From NCBI GenBank assembly GCA_000004695.1, contig CM000154.2, forward strand, positions 3,264,001 to 3,328,000: DNA of 64,000 bases. Reading direction: 5' to 3'. A model generated the notes under the pieces. It was not told the origin of the DNA and did no database searches. It worked only from the letters and a program-made list of their open reading frames with translations. Shown in pieces: positions 1 to 11,553 of the stretch. A program made the translations under genes and the position numbers. Each line of letters begins with the position of its first letter. The first letter of the stretch is position 1. The stretch comes from Dictyostelium discoideum (Eukaryota).

Positions 1-1128
1 GACATCTAAAAGATAAAGTTCAAATCCTACAACCAATATTAACAAAAAACCAACCCTCTCAAACATTAAACACAAATAATATTTCACTACCACCAACACT
101 CAAAGAAATCTACTCGACAATACTAAACAATCACCAATGCAAATCAAAAGACTATATTGGCAAGAAATATTCAGATCTACTTCTTACTCCGCACCAACAA
201 TCAATACAATTATTATGGAAATACACATACGACCAACTTTTTGTCAAAATTCAAAAATTAAAAGATCCAAAAGGCCGTGATACAATGCAAAGATTCCATG
301 CTAGATGTCTTCCGATTAATCATCTACACAACAAAGTTTGCCCCATTTGCAACAATGAAATGAATAATGATCCCTATGGTCATTTGTTTTTCAATTGTCA
401 GCACACAATCAACTCCATTAACCACGACAAATTAAAATATTTTATATATAAAAATTGCAATGGAAACAAAAACTGGTCACTAACAAAAAACCAAACAACA
501 AAATTATACACACTCATCTATAAACCACAAACAAACAACAAAGCATTTAAACCAGATCCAACTATCAATATTAATTTTCATTTTGCAGAAAACGCACAAT
601 ATAAAAAATACAGGTTCAACTGGAATTATATAAACACAAATCTTGATCTAGTCAGAACACATGCATATTGGAACATAATCTCATTAGTTATTCACCAAAT
701 ATGGATATGGTTATGCAAATCATTATTTGACATCAATATAACTCAATCAATTGATAATTGGAACAACCAAATAAACAACACAACACTAGATTATGATATA
801 TTAAAATCAAAATGGCACAAGCTAATAAGATTGGAATATTCAAGAACTTTATCAAACTTTAACCAATACTCAATTAAAAACAACCTCACAAAAACTCAAA
901 AAGAAACCCAATGGTCTGAAACCATCAAAAAATTTAAAAAAGAATGGAGCATAAACACAAATGAACCAATTCCAACAATTACACCACCAATTAATTATTA
1001 ATTACCTAATCTAAAATAACATACTATTTTAAATTCACAAAAACTAAAAAACCTAAAATAAATAAATAAAAATAACATACTAATTGTATACTACAATAGT
1101 TTATTTATATCAAAAAAAAAAAAAAGAC
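1..1128 (+). mobile_element. 3' portion of a non-LTR (LINE/TRE-like) retrotransposon ending in an oligo(A) run (1116-1128)
   Basis: The plus strand from 1 to 1100 is strongly A/C-rich and G/T-poor, the coding-strand asymmetry seen in Dictyostelium non-LTR elements. It carries a long ORF with a C-terminal Cys/His motif, followed by about 100 nt of UTR and A13. The window start truncates the element at its 5' end. Confidence 0.45.
285..1001 (+). CDS. Retroelement ORF2 C-terminal fragment with a CX2CX10HX4C zinc-knuckle-like motif (CPICNNEMNNDPYGHLFFNC)
   Basis: A 238-aa ORF lies on the A-rich strand. Its Cys/His spacing resembles the conserved C-terminal motif of LINE ORF2 proteins. No host-gene similarity was recognised. 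Confidence 0.4.
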   Translation: MQRFHARCLPINHLHNKVCPICNNEMNNDPYGHLFFNCQHTINSINHDKLKYFIYKNCNGNKNWSLTKNQTTKLYTLIYKPQTNNKAFKPDPTININFHFAENAQYKKYRFNWNYINTNLDLVRTHAYWNIISLVIHQIWIWLCKSLFDINITQSIDNWNNQINNTTLDYDILKSKWHKLIRLEYSRTLSNFNQYSIKNNLTKTQKETQWSETIKKFKKEWSINTNEPIPTITPPINY

Positions 1129-1451
1129 TCCCATTTAACTACTCGGATTGTAATCTATTTAATAATTCATCATATTGCAAACACAGCAATAATTTTTAAT
1201 CCATAATACACTATATTTTAAAATTGAAATTAAATAACCCATAATGCACTATGTTTTAAAATTGAAACTCAAATATTAAACTATTAATTTATCTTTAATG
1301 GATAATAATAAACATACAATACATTGAGAAATCTATTGGATTAACACTGATTAAACAATATTATAAATAATATAATCAATTAAAACCAATATTTTATGAC
1401 AATCATTCTTTTTTCTGGATAAAGATATAAAACTTTATTTTGTTTAGATTA

Positions 1452-1878
1452 TTAGTTATTAATTTTTTTACAACATTCACTGAAATGTTTAATTGTATTT
1501 AAAGCTTGTTTTTCATTTGAGAATGGACCTGTTAATCTAAATACAGAGGAGCAAGAAACATAGTTTAAACACATATCATAAAGTTCTGGGTTATTTAATT
1601 TCATTTCATCAAAATCTGGTAAACAATTAATTTGTTTTGCTAATTGATCAGAAAATAAAACATAATCACCAAATGGGAATAATGTCTTCATTTTTGCATT
1701 TCTAATTTCATTAATTTTAATTATATCTTGTCCCATTTCTTTTTCTGAAGGTAAATCTATTAATCCAGAAAATACATAGTTAATCCATCTAGATTGAAGT
1801 TCCAATACTTTTTTATAAAAAAAAAAAAAAAAAAAAAATTAGATTAATATTAAAATTATTATTATAATTATTATTTTA

Positions 1879-1911
<33 letters not shown>

Positions 1912-3137
1912 TTACATGAATAAAATGGAGTACCAAAAATTCCAACTAAACCTAAATTTTTAACTTTATGAGGAAAAGTAAAATTATATAATAAACATGG
2001 TACATAATTATCATTTGGATTAAATGATAATTTTTCTAAAATTTCTTTTTCAAAAAATGAAAAATTTAAATGATAACCAGTTGCAAAGATAATTTCATCA
2101 AATTCAATATTAATTATTGATTGATCCAATTGATTTAAGAATTCCAATGATTTATCATTTGAATTATTTAATAGATGATTTGATAAACATTGAATTTTAC
2201 CTTGTTTAATATTATCAATATAGGAATCGATACAAGTAAATAAAATTTGAAATGGTTTATCAAAATTAGTTTCATCATTTTGATAACTTGGTTCATTACA
2301 ATTATTACCAGATAATTGTTGTAAGAATTTATTCATTGCAAGGTTATATTCATTTTCAGGTAAATCTTTCATTTTATAAGAATTGGCTCTTAAACAGATG
2401 ATTAGGTCCACTGGAACACCATTATCATTTTCATCGATTTCATTACCATTTCCTTTTAATATATTTTTAATTCTTTTACTATTTGAAGGTATTGCCCATT
2501 CATTTAATTTTCCTTCACCATAGAGATAAACACTTTGACAACCTGAATTACAAAGTTCTGAAGCAATTTGTAAACCAGTACATGATTTACCAACAACTAA
2601 AACTCTTTTACCAATATATTCATTTGGTGATTTATATTGATTTGAATATCTATATCCACCAGTAAAATTTTTTAATGGTTCCATTGGAAATTGTCTTGGT
2701 TTATTATTCATTCCATTACCAACAATTAAGAAATCAAAAATTTTTGATTCACTTTTTTTACTTGAGGAATCTGTCCATTGGACTAACCATTTATTATTTT
2801 CGAGTTGTTTTACTTTTTCAACAGTACTACCAAATTTGATACAATTTAAAAGTCCAAAATGATTTGCATAATTTGATAGGTATTGATGAACTTTTTTTGG
2901 TGATAAAAATAGATCTTGATCTTCTGGATGTTGGAAATCTGAAAATGTCATTGAAAAATGAGATACATTGGTATGCATTGAATCCCAAGGTATAGCTTCA
3001 TCAAGTGACCAAACTCCACCAAATGTTTCTTTTTTTTCAAAAACAGTTGGTTCTAAACCACATTCTAATGCTGATTTACATGATGTTAAACCTGATGGAC
3101 CACTTCCAATTATACAAACTGTTTCACATCTATTCAT
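1452..3137 (-). CDS. Flavin-containing monooxygenase (FMO), about 525 aa, two exons: complement(join(1452..1807,1916..3137))
   Basis: The N-terminal FAD motif is IIGSGPSGL and the second dinucleotide motif is VLVVGKSCTGLQIA. The FMO signature FATGY is present. Donor TCAT|GTAATT and acceptor AAAAAG|TA give phase 1 on both sides, and the 108-nt intron is AT-rich. The downstream ORF 1452..1805 continues in frame; the ORF track shows its first codon as M, but it is a TTG. Confidence 0.8.
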
Positions 3138-3737
3138 TTTAAAAATAATAAAAATAGAATTTTTTTTTTTTTTTTTATACTAAAAAAAAATTTTTTTTTT
3201 TTTTTTTTTTTGATTTTATAAATCTTTTAAAAACTGAAACGACTTTTTATAATAATAAAAAAAAAAAAAACGGTTTTAGATTTTAATTTTTAAAATATCT
3301 TTTTTTTTTTTGAAAATTTTATTTTATTTTTTTTTTTTTTTTTCAAAAAAATTTTCAATTATTAAATCTGGGGTGGTTAGGATATTTTTAAATTTATTAT
3401 TTATTTTTTACAATTAAACCAATATAATGAAAAAGAAATTAATAAATTAAAAAAAAAAAAAACAATACATTTTTTAGTATTCTTAAAAAATAAAATAAAA
3501 AAAAAAAAAATAAAAAAAAAAAAAATATGATATAATTTAAAAGGAGATGAAAAAAAAAAAGGAATAAAAAAAGAAAACGATAATAAAATTTTATTTAAAA
3601 TTAAAAGTTTATTTATTTATTCATTTATTTATGTATTATTAAAATCTAGTAATTTTTGGTCTTAAATGTTTTTTTAAAAAATTCAATTATCATAATTTTA
3701 ATAAAAAGAAAAACATAAATATATTAATAGATTTATT

Positions 3738-3850
3738 TTTATTTATATTTATATTTTTATTTATATTTTTATTTTTATTTTATTTTTATTTTTATTTTTA
3801 TTTTTATTTTTATATTTAAGTTTTTATTTTTATATTTAAGTTTTTATTTT
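3738..3850. repeat. Tandem (ATTTTT)n / 'tttatatttaag' minisatellite in an intergenic A/T desert
   Basis: Direct reading shows more than 12 consecutive 'attttt' units and a duplicated 25-bp 'tttttatttttatatttaag' block. Confidence 0.6.
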
Positions 3851-4014
3851 ATACTATTTTAAAATCAATTTTCATTTATTATTCACTATCATATTAATAT
3901 TCACTGTAATCCTCACCACCTCCACAGTGGTCATCATAATCTTCATCATAATCTTCATATTCTTGATCAAGATTTAAAAAATTTTGAATAAAATCTGAAT
4001 ATGAACGAGATATT

Positions 4015-5207
4015 TTATTTGCCTTTTTTTAATAATGTTTCAGATTTTTCTTTATTTTCATAACCTTTACAATTTAATAACATATCAGAGTAAGAAATAA
4101 TTGATTTGATAAAACTATATTTAACACCCAATTCGTAATAGTATTCACTCTTTTCTAAATCTATATCTATACCATCAATACCAAATTGAAATAAATAACC
4201 AAGTGAATTCAAAGACTCTAAAACATATATATTTGAATCTGTAAAGAATGAGCTATCACCATAATCATCTTGATCATCATCATCAAAATGAAGTGGTTTA
4301 AGACTTGCTTCATATAATAATGATAAACCAATGTTTGAATCTTTCTTTAATTTATCTACACCAACACCAATTAAATATAATGTTGAAAGATGAAAAAACC
4401 CATTTGATATATTACTTTCTTTAATTGATTTTGAAAAATATTTATATGCATTTCTATAATCTTCATATTCAAACATATACTCTTCACCAACATTATTTAA
4501 ATGATTAATTGTAATACGATTTTGACTTAAACTAGTTGAAATCATTTCTTCAACCATACCCAATTGATCGATTAGTATTGGTAAATAGCCTTTAAAGAAT
4601 GAATTGAATTTATGTTTTTCAATGAATAATTTAGCTTCATTTTCAAAGTTTCTAATATCACCAAATAAAGTTGAATTTCTATAATTCAATTTTTCATTTA
4701 CCAATTTTTTAAAATCAGTTACCTCTTTACATGATGGATTTAATTGATCAGCAGCTCCTAAAAATTGAATTGATTCATTATATTTTCCTTGAAATGATAA
4801 AATTTGAGATAATCTAAAATAACTACGATAAAACAATGGTGATTGTTTCATTGATTCAAATGAGTCAATTTTACTTTCTTCCAAGAGTGATCTAAATTCA
4901 TTTGGTTCAAAATTATTTAACTCTCTTGATAAATGCACTTTTTCATATCCTTTTAATGAACTTAACTTATAATATTCAAATTTTGAAATTGATCTATTTA
5001 AATAAAGTAATGATTTTAATTCACATAAATCCATACCACTTTTTTCAATTGGTGATTCTTTATTATAACCATTTAATTGATCAATACCCTTTGTATAATA
5101 TTCAATTGCTAAATTATAATTTTTTTTTGTATATTCAATATTACCAAGTTCTTTTAATTTAATTGATTCTTCAATTTTATTTTCTTTTTTTGTTGTGATT
5201 TTTGAGG

Positions 5208-5238
<31 letters not shown>

Positions 5239-5924
5239 ATTAGTGTTAGTTTTATTTGATAAATTTGATTTGGAATTTGGAATTTTATTAGTTGATTGTT
5301 GTGGTTTTTGAATATTTACTATATCCATAGTTTCAATTGATTGAATTGTATCTTCTAATTCACCTTTTAAATAATCATTCATTTCAATTAAAATATTAAT
5401 TAAATTTTGTTTTATATTTTTTAATTCACTTTCTTCAATTTTAAAATCTTTAATTAATATAACTTTTTTAAAAATTATAAAAAAAAAAAAAATATTGTTA
5501 ATTTTATAATTATTAATTTATTTTTAAAAGTAAATTAATTAATTAACTTACAATTATCATTAATTTGATTAATACTTGAAATTTGTTTATTTTCAAATGA
5601 TAATTTTTCTTTATCATTAATTTTGGTAAAATTGAAATTAATTAAAAGTGATGATAATAATTGTACATTGAAAGAATTGAGGTTTCCATTTGAAATAATA
5701 CTTTTTTGATAAAAATTATGGTCATTTGTTAAACAATTTGAATTGGTAAAGTGAGGATTCATACAAAGGAATTTATAAATTAACTCTCCATACTCTTTAC
5801 AATCTACCCAAGGTTTACCAATTTCAATTAACCAACGTTCTTTAAATTTATTTTCTAAAATTTGTTTAATCTTGATATTAATAATATTTGATAATTTAAA
5901 ATAATTAATAATATTATTTTTCAT
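4015..5924 (-). CDS. TPR-repeat protein, about 606 aa, two exons: complement(join(4015..5462,5552..5924)); the ORF-track entries 5535..5924 and 4015..5382 belong to one gene
   Basis: GATAATT|GTAAGT is the donor at 5551 and TAAAAAAG|TT the acceptor at 5463, with phase 1 matching on both sides. The splice joins MKNN...INDN to ...ILIKDFKIEESELKNIKQNLINILIEMNDYLKG in frame. TPR-like helices (LGNIEYTKKNYNLAIEYYTKGI) and a poly-Thr tract are present. Confidence 0.7.
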
Positions 5925-6256
5925 TTTTTTTTTTTTTTTTTTTTTTTTATTATTATTTATTAAGAAAGAGAGAGAGGGAGAGAATATATTTGTAAAAAAA
6001 AAAAAAAAGAGGAAATAATAATAATAAAAAAAAAAAAATTAAAAAATAAAAATACAAAAAAAAATAAAAAAAAAAAAAAAAAAAAAAAAGTGTTTTGAAC
6101 AACACCACATTTGGAAATTAAAAAAAAAAAAAAAATATAAAAAAAACAGTAATAACACATTTTTTTTTTTTGTTTTTTTTATTTTATACGAAAAAAAGTG
6201 CACTGAGAGTGAAATAAATAATGTTTTTTTTTTTGTTTTGCTTTTTTTTTTTTAGA

Positions 6257-9200
6257 TTAACCAAATTTTGGGAAATAATTCATTATTGTTTTCCAGTAAC
6301 TTTCTGGATGGGTTGAACAATGATTTTGATAAAAATGTATAAATAGTGTTCTAATTTGAGTAAGTCTTTGTTTTCTTCTTTCTTCAATCTCTTTGAAACT
6401 TAATGATTGACTATGATGACTATGTTGTTCATTTATATTTGATGTTGATTTTGATTTTTCATTATTATTATTATTTTGATTTTGATTTTGATTTTGATTT
6501 TGATTTTGATTTTGATTTTGATTTTGACCAACTTTATTAAGATTATTAATTTGATTTACTTTATTATTTGGTTGATTTTTGGTATTAATTTGATTTTTTA
6601 AAGTATCAAAATATTTATTTTCAAAAGAGAAAGCATTATCCCAACTTTGAGCTAAGCAATCACTATCATTATCTTCATCATCTGAAACCAATTTATGAGA
6701 TTTATCCTCTTCAGTCTCTTCACTTTGTTCACTACCAGTGAAACTACTAGATGGATGATAATTCTTTGGAGTTGAACCACCACCACTATTCAATGAACCA
6801 ATAATTCTTTTTTCAGTGAATGAACCCATCAATTGCCAACTACCACCAATTTCTGGTTCAACTTGAATATCATCATCTGATCCTCTTCTTCTCTTTGGTC
6901 CATTTGGTACATCCATTGGTATACTCGTACCTGAAGTTGCTGGTGATGTATGTAATTGGTGATGACCATGATGACCATGATGTCCATGATGTGATTGTTT
7001 AATCATAATAGATGATGATCCAAAACTACCAGCTATATTATTATTACTATTCATTGGTGAGTGAGAAATTGGTGTTGGCGGAGCTGATGTATTATTATTA
7101 TTGGTACTATTATTGGTACTATTATTGTTAGTGTTATTATTATTATTAAAATTATTATTATTATTATTATTACCAACTTTATTCATACCAATAAATAATT
7201 TTGGAGAATTATTTTGAGGAGTTACTGGTGCAGATTGAGAAATATCAATACCTTTTGTATTCCAACTACTTGGTGAAGAGTTTTTGTGTCCACCAATATT
7301 ACTATTATTATTACTATTTGATTTGTTTGATTTGTTTATATTTTTTACATTATTATTATTATTATTATTATTGTCTACAATATTTTTTCTATCTACATAA
7401 TTATTTACAATCTCTAATGGTTGTTGAGAATTTGAATTTTTACGATTACCAGTTGGAGTATTACCTTTATTATTTACAGATTGTTGTGATTGTGCTTGTT
7501 GTAACTGTTGTTTTAGTAATCCCATACCACTATTATTTGTAGTTTGTTGTTTTTCTTGTTGTTTATCTTGTTGTTTATCTTGTTGTTGTTGTTGATTTAA
7601 TTTATTAAAAGTATGAATTGAAAAATCCATTGAAGAGATGAAATCCAAGAAATAAAAACAGAAATAAAATATATCTTCACCTTTACCAGCTCTATCACAA
7701 AGTTGATGAGAGAATAAGAACCAATCGTAGGCAACCGTTAAAAAGAGCATTTCCCAATCCTTTAAAGATTGATGAACCTCACCATCAGCCCAAAGACTGA
7801 TTCTAAGTAATGAAATAAACAATGGTGTTCTATCCCATCCAGATATACAATGAACTAATAAACCAGATGGGTTATTATCATCAGATACATATTTTAATAA
7901 TAACTTGAAATAATTTTGTGTTAAATTTACTATTAAAAAGAGAAAAAAAAAAAAAAAAAATAATAGTTAATATATATCTATTTTTTTTTTATTTTTTTAT
8001 TTTTTAATATTAATATACTTACTTAAATCCCAAGTTTTATAAGATTCCCATGGTATCATTGGTAATTGATGATCTGGATGTAAATTTAATTCTGCTGGAT
8101 CTTCAATACCATCCCAAGAATAAAATAAATCTTTTCCACAATGTTGATTTCTATTAAAATCTGCAAAAAATTCTACACCAGGATAAGGAGTAGAAGAAAT
8201 TACAAAATCTTGATATCTTCGATGCATATCAACTTTTTCTGATGAACAAACAAAGAAACCAAACCTTTTTTTTTTTTTTTTAAAAAAATAAAAAATAAAA
8301 ATAAAGGTTAATGAAATTTGTTTTTATTATAATTATTATTATTATTTATTACTTACTTTTTCTTTTTATTTTCAACCATTAAATCACAAATGTATCTAAT
8401 ATTTAAATGTTTAATAACTAGAATATCATTATTTCTAAGATGTTCCATATCTAATTGTTGTTGTGCCTGTTGTTGTCGTATTTGAGTTGACTGTTGTTGT
8501 GCTTGTTGTTGATCATGTTGGCCTTCAACATGTGAATCATGATGTTGATAATGTTGATTAATAACTGAAGAAGTCATTGTACTATCATTTTTATTTAATC
8601 TATCAATATCAATTGAATCTTCAATCATACTATTAGTAATTGGATTATTTTGATTATTATTATTATTATTATTTTGATTATTATTATTATTATTAATTTG
8701 ATTATTATTATTATTTTGATTATTATTATTATTTTGATTATTATTATTATTACTAAACATTATAGATTGTGATAAAGAAGAAGTTGTTGGAGATGGAACA
8801 GAAGAAAATTGTTTTTTCATTGAATTAACACCAGATTGAAACATATATTCAATCTTTTGAGAGAGTGTTGAGGATCTACAAAGATTTTTATGATGATAAA
8901 ATATAACTGGAAATGGGAATCTTGTTCTTACACGTGCAAATCTAGATTGATCCAATAATTTTTCTAAATTACGAGAGAGTTCTGGATGAACGTGTTTATT
9001 CTTTTCTTTACATACTTTACATCCTGTCTCTAACTCGTGTTCAATAAAAATTAAATCTGGTGGGTATGTTGCGCATAATTCACCTTCTTTATTATTGATT
9101 AATGATATTTTATAATCTTTTTCAAATAATGTATTTACAATTTCTTGATATTTAAATAATTCCTTGTTTTTTTGTTTTGTTGTTGTTTTGTTTTAAATTA

Positions 9201-10463
9201 ATTAAATAATAAAAAAAAAAAAAAATTATTTAATATTAATATATATAATTATATAATATTAATAATAATTATTTTAAACTTACTTCATCTCTTTTACCAG
9301 GGAATGGTTGTTTATATCTTCTAAAATGAGCAAACATTTCGGCTAATTCAGATGCCAATGAATCACCACATGCAAGCGAGGGGTTAACTTCAAAAGAGTT
9401 CATTGTATTGGCATCGTTTGTCGTATTATCACCATTTGACGATATATCTTCAGAGACAACTATAGATGGTTCATCATCGTCATTGCTATTGATTGTGTTA
9501 TTATTATAGGAAACGAATTCTCTCTACTTATATTGCAAGTATTATTATTACTACTGCTGTCACTATTATTATTATTGTTTTTATTATTATTATTATTATT
9601 GTTATTATTATTATTATTACTGCTGCTGTTACTACTACTACCACTACTATCGTTTTCGACAGATTTTTTAGGGGATTGTGAACAAGGTGTATTTGAAGGC
9701 TTTATTGAAGAAATTAATTGTTCTGTTGTTGAGGATGGTGGTGTGCTAGAGGTAATTACCATTTTAATGGATTTGTTTTTTTAATGAGGTGAAAGTAATT
9801 GAGCGTATTCCTAGTGTGTGTCTTTTTTTTTTTTTTTTTTTTTTTTTTTNNNNNNNNNNNNNNNNNNNNNNNNNNNNNNNNNNNNNNNNNNNNNNNNNNN
9901 NNNNNNNNNNNNNNNNNNNNNNNNNNNNNNNNNNNNNNNNNNNNNNNNNTTCAAATAATGTATTTACAATTTCTTGATATTTAAATAATTCCTTGTTTTT
10001 TTGTTTTGTTGTTGTTTTGTTTTAAATTAATTAAATAATAAAAAAAAAAAAAAATTATTTAATATTAATATATATAATTATATAATATTAATAATAATTA
10101 TTTTAAACTTACTTCATCTCTTTTACCAGGGAATGGTTGTTTATATCTTCTAAAATGAGCAAACATTTCGGCTAATTCAGATGCCAATGAATCACCACAT
10201 GCAAGCGAGGGGTTAACTTCAAAAGAGTTCATTGTATTGGCATCGTTTGTCGTATTATCACCATTTGACGATATATCTTCAGAGACAACTATAGATGGTT
10301 CATCATCGTCATTGCTATTGATTGTGTTATTATTATTATTTGGTATTATTGGTGATATTGGACTTGGAATATCTTCATTGTTATTACTATTATTATTATT
10401 ATTATTATTTACATTTGGTTCATATGATACTTTTTTAAATTGCTTTGGTATATATGTATTTTC

Positions 10464-10505
<42 letters not shown>

Positions 10506-10958
10506 GTTATTGTTATTAGTACAATTATAGCTTTCATTTATTAAAATTTCGGATTTAGAATTTAATATCTCTTCATTTCTGCTGTTGTTATTATTATTGT
10601 CACAACTATTATTATTATTACTATTATTATAGGTTTCATTATTCTCTTCTACAGCAACTGCTTCTTCTAATGTTAAATCCATCATGAAAGGAAACGAATT
10701 CTCTCTACTTATATTGCAAGTATTATTATTACTACTGCTGTCACTATTATTATTATTATTATTGTTTTTATTATTATTATTATTATTATTATTGTTATTA
10801 TTATTATTATTATTATTACTGCTGTTACTACTACTACCACTACTATCGTTTTCGACAGATTTTTTAGGGGATTGTGAACAAGGTGTATTTGAAGGCTTTA
10901 TTGAAGAAATTAATTGTTCTGTTGTTGAGGATGGTGGTGTGCTAGAGGTAATTACCAT
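6257..10958 (-). CDS. Myotubularin-related phosphoinositide 3-phosphatase (CX5R active site HCISGWDRT), at least 4 exons: complement(join(6257..7929,8023..8238,8357..9162,[gap],10113..10958))
   Basis: Recalled MTM1 shows three collinear blocks: the catalytic loop VHCSDGWDRT vs LVHCISGWDRTPLFISLL here, the upstream block CETYP...SKFRSKGRFPVLSYYH vs CATYPPDL...SRFARVRTRFPFPVIFYHH here, and a downstream KDW...F.H block. All splice junctions (GTAAGT donors at 10112, 8356 and 8022; AG acceptors at 9163, 8239 and 7930) keep phase. There are very long N/Q-rich insertions. The 5' end passes through the 100-N gap and a duplicated segment (see findings). Confidence 0.75.
9121..9840 (-). pseudogene. Variant second copy of the myotubularin exon-2 5' end + intron 1 + exon 1, carrying a ~350-bp internal deletion that breaks the reading frame (ORF 9460..9762 ends ...FPIIITQSIAMTMMNHL*)
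   Basis: Positions 9121-9500 are essentially identical to 9950-10330 and 14881-15260. The copy then jumps to the equivalent of 10690 ('gattgtgttattattatag|gaaacgaattc'). It abuts the N-gap, so it may be a collapsed-repeat assembly artefact or a real tandem partial duplicate. Confidence 0.5.
9850..9949. other. Assembly gap (100 N)
   Basis: A run of exactly 100 'n' sits between poly-T at 9830-9849 and duplicated sequence that resumes at 9950. Confidence 0.99.
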
Positions 10959-11553
10959 TTTAATGGATTTGTTTTTTAATGAGGTGAAAGTAATTGAGCG
11001 TATTCCTAGTGTGTGTCTTTTTTTTTTTTTTTTTTTTTTTTTGGTTTTTTTTTTTTTTTAATTTATTTATTATTTTTTTTTTTTATTTTTTCTATTTTTT
11101 TTTATATTTTTTATTTTATTTTTTTTTTTTTTTATTTTGGTTTTTTTGAGTTTAACTTAATAAAAAAAAAAATAAAAAAAAATAAAAAAAAATAAAAAAT
11201 AAAAATTAAAAAAAAAAAAAAAAAAAAAAAAATAAAATAAAATAAAATAAAAAAAAAAATAAAGATAAACCTGAAAAAGAGAAATGATTATTTAAATATA
11301 CCTCTTTTTTTTTTAAGATTTAATTTTATATGTATTCAATATTTTTTATTTTAAAATTTAAATATCCATTTACAAACCAATTTTCAAAATTATTATTCAA
11401 GTTATCCAATAAAAATAGGCAATTTTCAATGACTAAAAAGGAAATACCATAAAGTTAAGATAGAATTAAATACATAATTAAGGAATTGATTTTTTTATTT
11501 TTTTTTTTTTTATTGGAATTGTTTAATTTAACCTAATGTTATTTTTCTGAATT

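Noticed and set aside
15-35. tRNA-like T-loop string 'gttcaaatcc' near the window start
   Set aside because: No acceptor-stem, D-arm or anticodon-arm complementarity is present in the flanks, and it lies inside the retroelement ORF region. No tRNA gene could be supported anywhere in the window.
5960-6160. Poly-Phe ORF 5960..6160 and similar F/Y/L-rich ORFs (30096..30437, 44416..44610, 56532..56714, 31150..31350, 34483..34959, 38809..38997)
   Set aside because: They are translations of A/T homopolymer deserts, or antisense of poly-N/Q/H coding repeats.
9789-9984. ORFs 9789..9977 and 9799..9984, translated as runs of X
   Set aside because: They span the 100-N assembly gap and are artefacts of translating Ns.
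9493-11195. Plus-strand poly-Leu/Ile/Phe ORFs (9493..9681, 9533..9784, 10237..10530, 10684..11061, 11013..11195, 15166..15459, 15613..16131)
   Set aside because: These are antisense readings of (AAT)n/(ATT)n and poly-T tracts opposite the real minus-strand myotubularin exon and its promoter. They have no start context and extreme low complexity.
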